Shown: positions 16,924 to 27,899 of the stretch, in pieces
Numbering within the stretch: position 1 is the stretch's first letter
Layout: the number at the start of each line of letters is the position of its first letter
From: Candidatus Versatilivorator sp.
GTDB lineage: Bacteria > Acidobacteriota > Terriglobia > Versatilivoradales > Versatilivoraceae
NCBI GenBank assembly: GCA_965207735.1
Contig: OZ242296.1
Span: forward strand, 128,001 to 192,000
DNA: 64,000 bases
Reading direction: 5' to 3'
The notes under the pieces: model-generated
Seen by the model: the letters and a program-made list of their open reading frames with translations, nothing else
Database searches by the model: none
Told to the model about the DNA's origin: nothing
Program-made: the position numbers and the translations under genes

Positions 16924-18024
16924 ATGTCTCAACCCTTGATTATCGATTTGCACCTGGACCTGGCCTGGGATGCCCTTTTCTGGAATCGCAACCTCACCCT
17001 GACCGCCCACCAGGTGAGGCAGCAGGAGGCCGGCGAGCCTCCCCAGGTGGCTTCCGACTACAACGTGGGTCTGTGCACCGTCACCTTTCCGGAGATGCGC
17101 CGCGGCAGCGTGGGCATCATGCTCAGCACCATCATGTCGCGGATTGACGGTCGGCGGGGCGCCATGCGGGACGGCATGAGAACCCAGGAGCAGGCCATCG
17201 GCATGGGCCGCGGCCACCTGGCCTACTACCAGGTGATGGCTCGCCGGGGCCAGATCAAGCCGATCAAGTCCCTTCAGGACCTGAACGAAGCCGTGGAGGC
17301 CTGGAAAGACCCGAAGGACGACACCCCCATCTACCACGTGCTCTCCATGGAGAGCGCCGACCCCATCATCGATCCCGATGACGTGGAGTTCTGGTGGGAT
17401 GCCGGGCTTCGCGTGGTGGGACCGGCTCACTTCGGCCACAACACCTACATCCACGGCACCAATACCGTGGGCGGCTTGAAGCCTCCGGCCAAGGACCTCT
17501 ACCAAGCCATGCGAGAGGCGGGGATGGTCCTCGACATCACCCACATGGCCGATCAGGCTGTCTGGGAGTCCTTCGAGATCTGGGACGGCCCGGTGATGGC
17601 TTCCCACTGTGTCTGTCGATCCGTCGTCAGGGGGCAGCGCCACCTGACCGACGACATGATTCGAGAGGTGGTGCGCCGCGGCGGCATCATCGGCATGGTT
17701 TTCTGCCAGATGTTCATCGATCCCGAGGTCGTGTGGGAAAACAAGCCCGACAGATCGACCTATGTGTCCAAGTATGGCATGGAGGGGCTGGTCCCCCATA
17801 TCGAGCACATCGGGGAACTGGCCGGCGGCTCGCTCGAAAACATCGCCATCGGGACCGACATGGACGGAGGCTTCGGGGCGGAGGTCACTCCCACGGACGT
17901 GGACACCATCGCCGACCTGCAAGGCTTTCCGGCCGTGCTTGGGAAGGCCGGCTACGGGGAGGAAGTCGTGGAGGGCATCCTGAGCGGCAATGCCCTGCGC
18001 TTTTTCCGCCAGGCCTGGCGATAG
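16924..18024 (+). CDS. Membrane dipeptidase (peptidase M19)
   Basis: 'IDLHLD', 'SMESAD', 'DITHM', 'ASHC', 'IGTDMDGG'. Confidence 0.9.
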   Translation: MSQPLIIDLHLDLAWDALFWNRNLTLTAHQVRQQEAGEPPQVASDYNVGLCTVTFPEMRRGSVGIMLSTIMSRIDGRRGAMRDGMRTQEQAIGMGRGHLAYYQVMARRGQIKPIKSLQDLNEAVEAWKDPKDDTPIYHVLSMESADPIIDPDDVEFWWDAGLRVVGPAHFGHNTYIHGTNTVGGLKPPAKDLYQAMREAGMVLDITHMADQAVWESFEIWDGPVMASHCVCRSVVRGQRHLTDDMIREVVRRGGIIGMVFCQMFIDPEVVWENKPDRSTYVSKYGMEGLVPHIEHIGELAGGSLENIAIGTDMDGGFGAEVTPTDVDTIADLQGFPAVLGKAGYGEEVVEGILSGNALRFFRQAWR

Positions 18025-18142
18025 CGGGATCCGCCGGGACCGTCCTGCGCCGCCGATCCCGTGGCGTCAGCTTCTTCTGAACGGAGAGTGAAGGCTGGGG
18101 GTTCGTTGCCGGACGCCTTCACCGGCCCCTACGGGAGGGACC

Positions 18143-18958
18143 ATGGAAAAGTACCGCTTCGCCGAGATGATCTGGTACGAGATTCGGGAGGCCGCCAGAC
18201 AGGATCGGGTGGCGGTGCTGCCGGTGGCCACCTACGAGGACCACGGGCCTCACCTGCCGGTGGATGTGGACGTCAGGCTCTGCACGGAGATCTGCGAGCG
18301 GGCCGTGGCCCGAATTCCCGCCGAATCCCTGCTGGTTCCGGCCGTGCCCCACGGCTACAGCCCCCACCACATGGATTTCCACGGCACCCTCACCATCGGC
18401 TGGGACACCTTCATCCGCTATGTGAAGGATGTCTGCTGCAGCCTGGCCCACCACGGCTTCAAACGCATCCTGGTGGTCAACGGCCACGGGAGCAACACCT
18501 CCCCCCTGGATCTTTCCGCCCGCCTGTCCAACCTGGAATTCGAGGGGAAGATTCTCTGCGCCACCGTGAACCACTGGGGGCTGCGCAAGGTGCGGGAACT
18601 GGGCGCCAGGCTGCGGGAGTCCGACTATGGGGGCACCTCCCACGCCGGGGAATACGAGACCTCGCTCTACCTGGCCCTGAAACCGGAACTGGTGGAGATG
18701 GACAAGGCGGTGGACGAACGGTCGCCGCTCCCTCCCAGCTTCCAGAGCGACCTGCTGGCCGGGAGTCACCCCCGAGGCTCGGTGGCCCACATGGTGCCCT
18801 ACTGGAGCTCACAGAGCGCCAGCGGAGTCAAGGGAGATGCCACCCGGGCGACGGTCGAGAAGGGAGAACAGTTCCTCGAGGCTGCGATTGAAGGGCTGAT
18901 CGAGCTGATCCGGGAACTCAAGGGTACTCCCATCCTGCCAAGGCGCGATCAGCACTGA
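18143..18958 (+). CDS. Creatininase/creatinine amidohydrolase family protein
   Basis: 'EDHGPHLPVDVD', 'NGHGSN', 'HAGEYETS'. Confidence 0.92.
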   Translation: MEKYRFAEMIWYEIREAARQDRVAVLPVATYEDHGPHLPVDVDVRLCTEICERAVARIPAESLLVPAVPHGYSPHHMDFHGTLTIGWDTFIRYVKDVCCSLAHHGFKRILVVNGHGSNTSPLDLSARLSNLEFEGKILCATVNHWGLRKVRELGARLRESDYGGTSHAGEYETSLYLALKPELVEMDKAVDERSPLPPSFQSDLLAGSHPRGSVAHMVPYWSSQSASGVKGDATRATVEKGEQFLEAAIEGLIELIRELKGTPILPRRDQH

Positions 18959-18961
18959 ATC

Positions 18962-21775
18962 TCATTCCTTCCGCACATCGATATACACGGCTTTTAGCAC
19001 CGGGGTGCTGCCTCCGTTGGGGGTGCTGAGGGTGGCGCGGTATTGGAGCCAGGGGTGGGCCGCGGGCAGGTTCAGGGCGGCCCCCGAATCCTTGAAGTGG
19101 TCTTCTTCTCCCCCGGTTCCGGTCCAGGCGGCATCCATCAGCGCCGATTCGGAGGCGGCGCTGCGCACTTGAAGCAGGACCCCGGTTCCGTGGGGAGTGG
19201 TCGCCTCCCAGCGAAGACGGCTGGCCTGCTTGCCTGCCGGCAGTTGAATGGGGGCCGATCGGTAGCTTTCTCGGAGCTTGCGGTCATAGATGTTCCCGAC
19301 ATCCTTGCGGGCGCCGAAGTGAGGGCCGAAAGTCTGGATCCAGTGGCGTCGGTCGACGGAATACCCTTGGGGGCTGCCCCAGTAGATGTAGGCGCCGGCG
19401 CCGTGGTCCCCCCGGTCCAGGTGGTTGAAGACCACGATGTCGTACCAGCCGTCCTGGTTGAGGTCAGCCACCGTCAAGGCCCCCGAGGACTCGGCGGGCA
19501 GGTGGCTGCGACGGGATTCGCTGTAGCGTCCATCCGACGAGCCCCAGTAGATGAAGGCGGGGATGCTACGGGTGAAGTAGGCGTGATAGTTGCTGGTGAC
19601 GATGTCCAGGAAGCCGTCCCGGTTGAGGTCGGCCACCGCATGCTCCAGGGGGTCGTAGCCCTCCAGGCGCAGGATACGGTCCTCGGAATAGCCCTCCCGG
19701 CTTCCCCACACGATAGAGATGTGCTGGGTCGGCCGGCCGAACTGCTCGGAGTCCCAGCCGCCGCCCACGATCATGTCTAGCCAGCCGTCGGCATTCAGGT
19801 CGGCCACCTCCACCGTGGAGGAGGGCTGGACCCGGAGCGAGGAATGCCGGCTCCGGCTGAAGGTGCCCTGGTCCGTTCCCCAGAAAATCTCCACCTGAGG
19901 ACTGTCCACGTCGCAGAAAACCAGGTCCAAGAAACTGTCCTTGTTCAAGTCGGCGACGGTCGGGCTCTGGCTGATCAGGGTTTCGAGCTTCAGCTCGCTT
20001 CGCCGTGACCAGTCGTAGCCGGCGCTGCCGCCCCACAGGATAATGCCCTTCGGTTTCGGTTCTCTGTAGGCCGTGCCGGCGGATATCACCAGGTCGAGGT
20101 AGCCGTCCCGGTTCAGGTCGGCCGTGGCTGCGCCGTATCCCGAGGGGACGGACAGATCCTGGCTGTGCCCCTGGCTGTAACCCTGGTGTCCCCCCCAATA
20201 GATCCGGCCGGTGGGGAAGGCCACGTCCGCCCAGCCGTCCTGATCCAGATCGGCGATGGCCGGCGCCGACATGGAGAAAGGGAGCGTGGACAGGGCTGCC
20301 GGCGAATAGTGGTGGTTGGGGTTACCCCAATAGATGAGGGAGGGAATGGAGGTCTCGCTGCCGGTGTTGCGGTTGACCAGGACCAGGTCGGCATGGCCGT
20401 CGAGGTTCAAGTCGTCGGCCTGCAGGCTGACCGCGCCGAAACCCTGCAGTTCCAGACGATGGGCGGCGTCGAAGCCCTCGGGACCGTTCCAGTAGATGTA
20501 AGAGTTGACGTCGAAGGTGCGGCCGTCCTGTTCGTTGGCGAAGGCCAGGTCGACCCACCCGTCACCATTGAAGTCCCGGAAGGCGGCCGCCGCCGCATGC
20601 AGGGTGGGAAGCTTCAGCATTCCCTGGGCGGATGGGCCGGTCGAGGTTCCCCAATAGACGTAGGAGAACTCCCCCTTCTGGTTGGGAACGACCAGGTCGG
20701 CAAATCCATCCCGGTTGAAGTCGGTCACGCCGAGGGTGGTTGCGCCCTGGGTGGGGAAATGGCGCCAGGGTTTGTCCTCGAAACCCTCGGCGTTGCCCCG
20801 GCGGACTTCGGCCCGGTTGTCCCGGTGGGTCACTGCCAGGTCCAGGGAACCGTCGCCGTTCAGGTCGGCCAGCTCGGCCCCCGTCAGATCTCCCCAGTGG
20901 TGGATTTGGCGGCGGGACTCCGAAAACCCCTCGGCGCCTCCCCAATAGAGGTAAAGACTCTTCTCCTTGGCGTTGTTGTTGAGGAAAAGCAGTTCCGGGT
21001 AGCCGTCGCCGTTCAGGTCTTCCGCCTCGCAATCCACGGCGCTGATGCTGGGGATGGAGCTTCTGCGCTCGGTGGAGAACCCGGTGGGGCCGTTCCAGTA
21101 AATGTAGGATTCCAGATGGTGGGCGTGTCCGTGGCGCTCACCTCCCTCGGTGCCGTTGTTGGCGAAGGCCAGGTCCAGGTAGCCGTCCCGGTTGAAATCG
21201 GCGGCTTCCACGTCGGAGGCCATCAGGGTGGGCAGTTCGGTCCGCCGGTCCGTCCCGTATCCCTCGGGGCTTCCCCAGTAGATCAGGGCCTGCATGTGGA
21301 CCGAGTAGTTGTGGATGAAGTTGCAGAAGACGATCTCCAGGTAGCCATCCCCGTTGAGATCGGCCAGCAGAGAGGGTCCTCCTCCATCGGTGGGGAGCCG
21401 GGTGACGCCGCCGTCCCGGGCGCGGATTTCCCGCAAGAGCTTGCCCAGCGGCTGCTGGTCGGGCAGGGGCGGCAGAATCGACCGCGGTCCCTGCGCGGTC
21501 CCCCAGTAGATCAGGAGGTCTTCGTTCTCCAATTGGTTGTGGTCCTGGGCCACGAAGATGTCGAGGTAGCCGTCATTGTTCAGGTCCAGGGTGTGGATCA
21601 TGCGCACCGAGCCCGAGCGGGTGACGTAGAGGTTGGCGCCGCCGTCCTCCAGCGTTCCGCCGGCGAAGTCGGCGAAGTCGGTATGGTGCAGCCAGGCTTG
21701 GTGGGACTCGCCCCCGGAGGTCGCTGGGGGCGACCAGAGAAAGATCAGGATGGCAACGCTCAGCAACAGTCTCAT
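18962..21775 (-). CDS. Secreted FG-GAP/VCBS repeat protein
   Basis: Signal peptide; more than a dozen D(L/F)NxDGxxD repeats, most followed by an IYWG-type motif. Confidence 0.9.
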   Translation of the reverse strand: MRLLLSVAILIFLWSPPATSGGESHQAWLHHTDFADFAGGTLEDGGANLYVTRSGSVRMIHTLDLNNDGYLDIFVAQDHNQLENEDLLIYWGTAQGPRSILPPLPDQQPLGKLLREIRARDGGVTRLPTDGGGPSLLADLNGDGYLEIVFCNFIHNYSVHMQALIYWGSPEGYGTDRRTELPTLMASDVEAADFNRDGYLDLAFANNGTEGGERHGHAHHLESYIYWNGPTGFSTERRSSIPSISAVDCEAEDLNGDGYPELLFLNNNAKEKSLYLYWGGAEGFSESRRQIHHWGDLTGAELADLNGDGSLDLAVTHRDNRAEVRRGNAEGFEDKPWRHFPTQGATTLGVTDFNRDGFADLVVPNQKGEFSYVYWGTSTGPSAQGMLKLPTLHAAAAAFRDFNGDGWVDLAFANEQDGRTFDVNSYIYWNGPEGFDAAHRLELQGFGAVSLQADDLNLDGHADLVLVNRNTGSETSIPSLIYWGNPNHHYSPAALSTLPFSMSAPAIADLDQDGWADVAFPTGRIYWGGHQGYSQGHSQDLSVPSGYGAATADLNRDGYLDLVISAGTAYREPKPKGIILWGGSAGYDWSRRSELKLETLISQSPTVADLNKDSFLDLVFCDVDSPQVEIFWGTDQGTFSRSRHSSLRVQPSSTVEVADLNADGWLDMIVGGGWDSEQFGRPTQHISIVWGSREGYSEDRILRLEGYDPLEHAVADLNRDGFLDIVTSNYHAYFTRSIPAFIYWGSSDGRYSESRRSHLPAESSGALTVADLNQDGWYDIVVFNHLDRGDHGAGAYIYWGSPQGYSVDRRHWIQTFGPHFGARKDVGNIYDRKLRESYRSAPIQLPAGKQASRLRWEATTPHGTGVLLQVRSAASESALMDAAWTGTGGEEDHFKDSGAALNLPAAHPWLQYRATLSTPNGGSTPVLKAVYIDVRKE

Positions 21776-22000
21776 GGTTTTACGCTTCTTTCTTTGAATT
21801 TCATCCGGCCTCGGGTTGGAGGGATGCTATGGCATTTGGCGGAGAGGGGTCAAGGGGTACCGGGGGCCATGGCAGGGTGATCCCGCGCTACCAATCGCGG
21901 GACGGCGCCCTTTACAAAGATCCACAAAAATGAGACAAATGCCTGACCCTGCGGATGGTCCAACGGCTGACCGAACTCTTCACCGACCGAGGATTGGACA

Positions 22001-23614
22001 ATGACCATTGCCGAACTGATCATGGAGGACGCACGAGCCCGCAACCTGCGCCATTTCTTTGGCATTCCCGGGGGTGGAAGCCCCCTGGACCTGATGGAGG
22101 CCGGCCGCAAGCTGGGCGTGGACTTCGTCAGCGTGAACCACGAGTCCTCGGCTGCCATCATGGCCGCCTATTACGGTCTGATGAAGGATACGGCCGGGCT
22201 GGCCCTGACCATTCGAGGGGTGGGGGCTGCCAACCTGGTGGGCGGCGCCGCCAACATTCACTTCGAACGGGCCCCGATGGTGGCGGTCTGCGAGACCTGT
22301 CCTCCCGCCACCGCCGGTTACGAGATGGTCCAGCACTGCGACCAGTTGAGCCTCTTCAGCGGCATTGAACGCTATAGCGAGACGCTTTCCACCGAGAATG
22401 CGCCGCTGGCGGTTCAGGAGGCCAGCTATCGCGCCACCGAGGGTCGGCCGGGGCCGGCTCTGCTCAACTTTCCCGCCGACCTGGGCAGTGCCGAGTGCGG
22501 TCCGCCACTCCCCCCGCGGGCGCACGCCCCGGCGCCGCCGGCGCCGGAGCATGAAATCGCGGCCTGCAGGGAGGTGCTTTCGAAGTGGCGCAAGCCCGTG
22601 GTCATTGCCGGGGCCGACGTGGTGCGGGACGATGCCACCGGGGAACTGCTCGCCTTGGTGGAGAACTTGGGAGCCGCGGTGCTGGTGACCATGGAAGCTC
22701 GCGGCGTCTTTCCCGAATCGCATGATCGCTGGGCCGGGGTCTTCGTGGGCATTTACTCTCCGGGAATCATCGAGTCCAGAGCCTTTGAGAAAACGGACGG
22801 GGTGTTGCTGCTGGGTGTGGATGCCCTCATGACCCACGGACCCTGGAAAAGCGACTTGCCCACGGTGGAGGTGCTCAGCAGTCCCGAGTATCGATCCCTT
22901 TCCCAGCAGCCCAGGGTCCGGGTCAACGGTAACCTCAAGAGTGTGCTGCCGGCCCTGGCGCCGCAGGCGCGCGCCGGCTTCGAGGGCCGGGAGGTCCAGG
23001 CGCTGCGCCAGGAGGTCTTGCCCGCCTTCAAGCGGCCCGGCCAAGCCAGGTTGGCGGCCCAGGACGTTATCGAGATCTGCCGGAAGGTGCTGCCGTCGGA
23101 TGGAGTCCTCATTTCCGAGACCGGAGTCTTCATCTGCATGCTGGAGCATATCTGGCTGGCGGACCAGCCGGGGACCTACTACGGGACCTCGGGAGGGCGC
23201 ACCATGGGACTGACCCTGCCGGCCATCTGCGGCGCCCGCCTGGCCGATCCCGAAAGGCCCATGATCGGGCTGGGCGCCGACGGCAGTCTCCTGATGCGCC
23301 TGGGAGAGCTGGAAGTGCTGGCCCGCACCGGGGGCACGGTGCCGTTGGTGATCGTGAACGATCGGGCCCTTGGGACCATGAAAGCCCGCCAGAAAATTCG
23401 CAGCCTGCCCGACTACGCGCTGGATCTGCATCCGGTGGAGTTTGCCGACGTGGCCAGGGCTTGCGGGCTGAAGGCGGCCACCGTGGACACGCCGGAGGAT
23501 TTCGAGCGGGAGCTGCGGGCCGCCATGACCGCCGGGTGCGGGACGCTCATCGACGCCAGGGTGGACCCGGAGATCTACCAGGACAGCTTCGGCCGCACCG
23601 TGGGGATGGGTTGA
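22001..23614 (+). CDS. Thiamine pyrophosphate-binding protein (acetolactate synthase-like)
   Basis: 'FGIPGGG', 'HESSAAIMA', 'GADGSLLM...VNDRALG'. Confidence 0.88.
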   Translation: MTIAELIMEDARARNLRHFFGIPGGGSPLDLMEAGRKLGVDFVSVNHESSAAIMAAYYGLMKDTAGLALTIRGVGAANLVGGAANIHFERAPMVAVCETCPPATAGYEMVQHCDQLSLFSGIERYSETLSTENAPLAVQEASYRATEGRPGPALLNFPADLGSAECGPPLPPRAHAPAPPAPEHEIAACREVLSKWRKPVVIAGADVVRDDATGELLALVENLGAAVLVTMEARGVFPESHDRWAGVFVGIYSPGIIESRAFEKTDGVLLLGVDALMTHGPWKSDLPTVEVLSSPEYRSLSQQPRVRVNGNLKSVLPALAPQARAGFEGREVQALRQEVLPAFKRPGQARLAAQDVIEICRKVLPSDGVLISETGVFICMLEHIWLADQPGTYYGTSGGRTMGLTLPAICGARLADPERPMIGLGADGSLLMRLGELEVLARTGGTVPLVIVNDRALGTMKARQKIRSLPDYALDLHPVEFADVARACGLKAATVDTPEDFERELRAAMTAGCGTLIDARVDPEIYQDSFGRTVGMG

Positions 23615-23633
23615 CAGGAGGGTGGACGAAGGT

Positions 23634-24359
23634 ATGCCGCGGCCAGCCGCTCGTTCGCGGGGGTTCTCCCCTCAGCACACTCGATTCCGTCCGGAGTTCC
23701 TCGACTTCCGGCGGGGAATTCGGGTTGGGAATCTGGATGACGACGAACGCATCACCCGCATTCTGAAGGTTGCCCTGGAGGCCAGATACCGGCAGTCCTT
23801 CGTCACCGAGCGCTGGGGCCGCGGGGTCTACTGGCAGTGGATCGGCTTCCTGGCCAAGGCCAATCGAGCCGTCAAGCCGCTCTCCTCCAAGGTCAGCTTC
23901 GGGTGCGCCAAGTTCTTCCTCATGATCGATTCCGGTGAGCAACGCTTCAAGTGCGGGCTGCAGGTGGAGCGGGGCTTCCTGAAGGCTCCCCCCGGTCAGG
24001 AGCGCTTCGAGTTGAGGGACGATTGGGACTGGCACCGGCTGATGCAGGCGCTCAAGCCCAAGGGGGCCATGGAGCGGGAGCTGAAGCGGCTGGTGATTCG
24101 GGAAGGCTTTCGGGTGCAGGCCGGCGGTTGGCGCTCCGATCTGTTTCACTACTCCAAAACGACCCTTCCCACGGTTTCCCGCTTGCGCGCCGCCCTGGAG
24201 CAGGCGCCGGGAGACGGCTGGGCCGGGTTCCTGCTCTATTTCCCCATGGACGAGGATGCCGTGCGGGGCACTTCCGGAACCGACCTGGTGGAATCCATGC
24301 TGGCTATCTTCGAGGAGGTGACTCCGGCCATGCGGTTGTGCACCCAGACACCGCTTTGA
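23634..24359 (+). CDS. Hypothetical protein
   Basis: Operon position, plausible globular composition ('WGRGVYWQWIGF', 'CGLQVERGF'). Confidence 0.7.
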   Translation: MPRPAARSRGFSPQHTRFRPEFLDFRRGIRVGNLDDDERITRILKVALEARYRQSFVTERWGRGVYWQWIGFLAKANRAVKPLSSKVSFGCAKFFLMIDSGEQRFKCGLQVERGFLKAPPGQERFELRDDWDWHRLMQALKPKGAMERELKRLVIREGFRVQAGGWRSDLFHYSKTTLPTVSRLRAALEQAPGDGWAGFLLYFPMDEDAVRGTSGTDLVESMLAIFEEVTPAMRLCTQTPL

Positions 24360-24384
24360 CCCAGCCATCAATCAAGGGAGATCC

Positions 24385-24891
24385 ATGCAAACTCCAATCG
24401 ACTCCTCTCAATTTCGCAGGATCATGTCGCGCTTCGCCACCGGGGTCACCGTGGTCACCACCCGGTCGGGCCAGGAAGTCCATGGGCTCACCTGCAACGC
24501 CTTCTGCTCCATCTCGCTGGACCCCTGCACGGTCATGGTGAGCGTGGCCAAGGACGCCCGTTCCTGGCCCCTGATCGAGCGGAGCCGGCTCTTTGCCGTC
24601 AACGTGTTGAGCGAAGACCAGTCCTTCATCTCCGATCGCTTTGCCGGACGTCACCGGGACAAGGACGACAACCGCTTCGAGGGCATCGAGTGGACCACGG
24701 CGACAACCGGAGCGCCGATCCTGGGCGGGACCCAGGGATATCTGGACTGCCGGGTGACCCAGGCTTACGACGGCGGAACCCACACGCTCTTCCTGGGGGA
24801 GGTGGTTGCCTTGAACCTGGACGATTCCCGGCCCCCTCTGGTCTTCTACGGATCGCGCTACATGGGGATCGACGGCCTCAAGGCGCTGTGA
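24385..24891 (+). CDS. Flavin reductase family protein
   Basis: 'FRRIMSRFATGVTVVT', 'SISLDP', 'GGTHTLFLGEV'. Confidence 0.93.
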   Translation: MQTPIDSSQFRRIMSRFATGVTVVTTRSGQEVHGLTCNAFCSISLDPCTVMVSVAKDARSWPLIERSRLFAVNVLSEDQSFISDRFAGRHRDKDDNRFEGIEWTTATTGAPILGGTQGYLDCRVTQAYDGGTHTLFLGEVVALNLDDSRPPLVFYGSRYMGIDGLKAL

Positions 24892-24909
24892 GCTAGCCCG
24901 CATTTCTCA

Positions 24910-25777
24910 GTGCGCCATGGAAAGGCGCCTTCTTCCAACGGGTGCGAAACCCGTCCAACAACTGTCGCTCCGGTTGGTAGCAGCCAGGGCGGATCATGGA
25001 GGTAACGATATGGTCTGAAGCCCTCTGGTGTCAAAGGGCCGCTTAAGGCGGTTCAGCGAGCATGCGGGCCGGAACGCGAGTGAACGTCGAGCAGGCCTCG
25101 AAACGGGCAATGCGGGGGTCGACCCACCTGAGAAATGGGGAAGGCCGAAGACGGAGGGGGAAGCGAGCGACGCGGGCACCCCTTTGGACCCGCCGGGGTA
25201 GTGGCGCTGGCACGCATGGAAGGGGAAGAAGGCAGCAACATGGGAAGCCCTGTGGGTGGTGAGGCACGCACCGAACCGGAAGCTCGCGAGAGTCAGTCTA
25301 GGCCGACAGGGTGGCGGAGAGGCCTGTAGTACCGGAGAAGCCGGGTAATACCGGTGGAGGGAAGGGGCCTCAGGTGAGGAGCGGTGACCGAAGGGGGAAG
25401 GGTCCCGGGAGTGGCGAAAGCCTGAAACCCCGACCAAAAAAGGGCCGGAGACTCCGGAAGCATCACATGCAAAAGTGAAAGGGTCGTCGGAGGAGGACGG
25501 CGTCGTCAGGGCATCAACAGGCCTGGCGGCAACCCGGGAGCGGAAGTGGATGGAGTGGGGACGGGTGCCAATCCCATAGGAGTCGTCCACGGATGCGAGC
25601 GGGGACCTGTGTGCGAGACGCATGATCCCACTGGAGAGCCGAGATGCGGGAAAACCGCACGTCCGGTTCGGAGAGCGGGGACTGGAAACGTGATAAGGGA
25701 GCCGGACTGAGGCCCGAAGCGAAAGCGACGGAATAGCCACCGGACCCTATAGTCAACGCGCCAGTCCTCGACTCTAC
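24910..25777 (+). ncRNA. ORF-less group II intron
   Basis: 5' GTGCG; domain V gagccgagatgcgggaaaaccgcacgtccggttc (25636-25669); domain VI ending ctcgactctac; EBS1 tgagaaa (25129-25135) complementary to exon end tttctca. Confidence 0.9.
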
Positions 25778-26007
25778 CCAGGTCGCTGGTGCCATGACGA
25801 AAAGTAGTTTATCTTCAGTACTTTGATTGGCTCCCTGGTAAGGGCTTGCGGGTAACAGACGGCGCTGGGCATGCCCTGGCTTGTCTTTTTCCGTTCAGCG
25901 CGCACATGCTCCCTCGCGCGTAGTGACCGCTACGCTCTTCGGTCGCGAGCACGCGCTGAAGGGAAAAATCCTGCGCCATGTTCATGCCCCCTGGTGAGAA
26001 ATGCGGG

Positions 26008-27681
26008 CTAGAAGAGCCCCACCACCCTTCCTTCTTCATCCAGATCGATCTCATTGGCCGCCGGACGTCTGGGGAGACCCGGCATGGTCAGGATGTCACC
26101 GCAGATGACCACCAGGAATTCGGCTCCGGTGGCCAGCCGCACATCCTTGACCGGCAGGACGTGCCCCGAGGGGGCGCCTCTCAGCAGAGGGTCGGTGGAG
26201 AATGAATACTGGGTCTTGGCGATGCAGACCGGATAGTGTCCGAATCCTTCCTTCTGATAGCGGCGGATCCTGGCCCGTATCCGGGAGTCGGCGACCACCT
26301 CGGAGGCGCCGTAGATCCGGGTGGCCACCTTGGTGATCTTTTCCCACAGAGAGTCCTTCTCATCGTAGACGAATTTGAAGTTGGCTCGGGTGGTGGCGAT
26401 GGTTTCCACCACCGTTTGGGCCAGGTCCAGGGAGCCTTGGCTGCCCCGGGCCCAGTGGTCGCAGGCCACCACCGGGACCGAGTGGTGTGCCATGCGGTCT
26501 TTGAGGAGTGCGATCTCTGCCGGGGTGTCGTGGCTGAATCCATTGATGGCCACCACGCAGGGAAGGCCATAGTGGTTGCGTATGTTGTTCAGGTGCCGTT
26601 CCAGGTTGGGGATCCCTCTTTCCAGGCTCTCCAGGTCTTCACGCTCCAGGGAGTTCTTGTCGGCTCCCCCGTGGTACTTGAGCGCGCGCAGGGTGGCCAC
26701 CAGCACCACCAGGTCGGGGCGGAGCCCGGCCTTGCGACATTTGATATCGAAAAATTTCTCCGCGCCCAGATCGGCTCCGAATCCGGCCTCGGTCACCAGG
26801 TAGTCGGCAAGCCCCAACCCGGTGAGGGTGGCGATCACGGAGTTGCAGCCGTGGGCGATATTGGCGAAGGGGCCTCCATGCACCAGGGCCAGGTTGTTTT
26901 CCAGCGTCTGGACCAGGTTGGGCTTGATGGCCTCCTTGAGCAGCACGGCCATGGCTCCATGGGCATCCAGGTCGCTGGCCCGGATGGGTTCCCGGGTACG
27001 GCTGTAGCCGACGGTGATGTTGCCCAACCGCTGCTTGAGTTCCTGCAGTGAACGGGAAAGGCAGAGAATGGCCATCACTTCCGAGGCCGCCACGATTTCA
27101 AAGCCGCCTTCCCTGGGATAGCTGTTGCCCAGGCCTCCCAGACCCAGGACGATTCGACGCAGTGCCCGATCGTTCAGGTCGACCACCCGATTCCAGGTCA
27201 CCCGCCGGAGATCCAGGTCCAAGCGGTTTCCCTGGTGGATGTGGTTGTCCATCATCGCGGCCAGAAGATTGTGCGCCAGGCCCAGGGCGTGAAAGTCGCC
27301 GGTGAAGTGCAGGTTGATGTCTTCCATGGGAACCACCTGGGCCATCCCGCCTCCGGCGGCGCCTCCCTTCATGCCGAAACAGGGGCCCAGGGAGGGTTCT
27401 CGCAGACAGATCAAGGCCTTCTTGCCCAGGCGGTTGAGCGCGTCTCCCAACCCCACCACGGTGGTGGTCTTGCCTTCTCCGGCCGGAGTGGGAGAAATGG
27501 CGGTCACCAGGATGAGTTTCCCTTGTCCCCGTCGTTCCGAGTTCAAGGTGGCCGGCGACAGCTTGGCCTTGTAGTGGCCGTAGGGTTCAAGGTGGTCCAC
27601 CGGAATCCGGAACTTTTCCCTGGCCAGGTCCACCACATTTATCAGTTTGGCTCGGCGGGCGATCTCGAGGTCGGTTTGCAC
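26008..27681 (-). CDS. fhs: Formate--tetrahydrofolate ligase
   Basis: '[14 protein letters not shown]', '[10 protein letters not shown]', '[14 protein letters not shown]', '[14 protein letters not shown]', 'TMPGLP'. Confidence 0.97.
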   Translation of the reverse strand: MQTDLEIARRAKLINVVDLAREKFRIPVDHLEPYGHYKAKLSPATLNSERRGQGKLILVTAISPTPAGEGKTTTVVGLGDALNRLGKKALICLREPSLGPCFGMKGGAAGGGMAQVVPMEDINLHFTGDFHALGLAHNLLAAMMDNHIHQGNRLDLDLRRVTWNRVVDLNDRALRRIVLGLGGLGNSYPREGGFEIVAASEVMAILCLSRSLQELKQRLGNITVGYSRTREPIRASDLDAHGAMAVLLKEAIKPNLVQTLENNLALVHGGPFANIAHGCNSVIATLTGLGLADYLVTEAGFGADLGAEKFFDIKCRKAGLRPDLVVLVATLRALKYHGGADKNSLEREDLESLERGIPNLERHLNNIRNHYGLPCVVAINGFSHDTPAEIALLKDRMAHHSVPVVACDHWARGSQGSLDLAQTVVETIATTRANFKFVYDEKDSLWEKITKVATRIYGASEVVADSRIRARIRRYQKEGFGHYPVCIAKTQYSFSTDPLLRGAPSGHVLPVKDVRLATGAEFLVVICGDILTMPGLPRRPAANEIDLDEEGRVVGLF

Positions 27682-27899
27682 TGGCGGCGGTCCTCCACTC
27701 CGATCCGGGAAGGCTCGATATGCCTTTGGATCGGGGCTCAACGGTTTGGGACAAGCGGCCGCACCCGGGGCTCGCTTAACGGCGTCCGGAACGGAGAGTG
27801 GCCGGCGTCTCCCGGTAAACCAGGTTTCCGTTCCCGGAACAGCGCACCGTGCCATAATACGGAAATTCGCCGGTTGCTTCAATTCCAGGAGGTTGCCCT

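Noticed and set aside
24910-25777. Retron or diversity-generating retroelement
   Set aside because: No RT gene and no template/variable repeat pair in the window
24994-25795. Minus-strand ORFs of 248 and 93 aa
   Set aside because: Antisense readings of the group II intron RNA; no RT motifs
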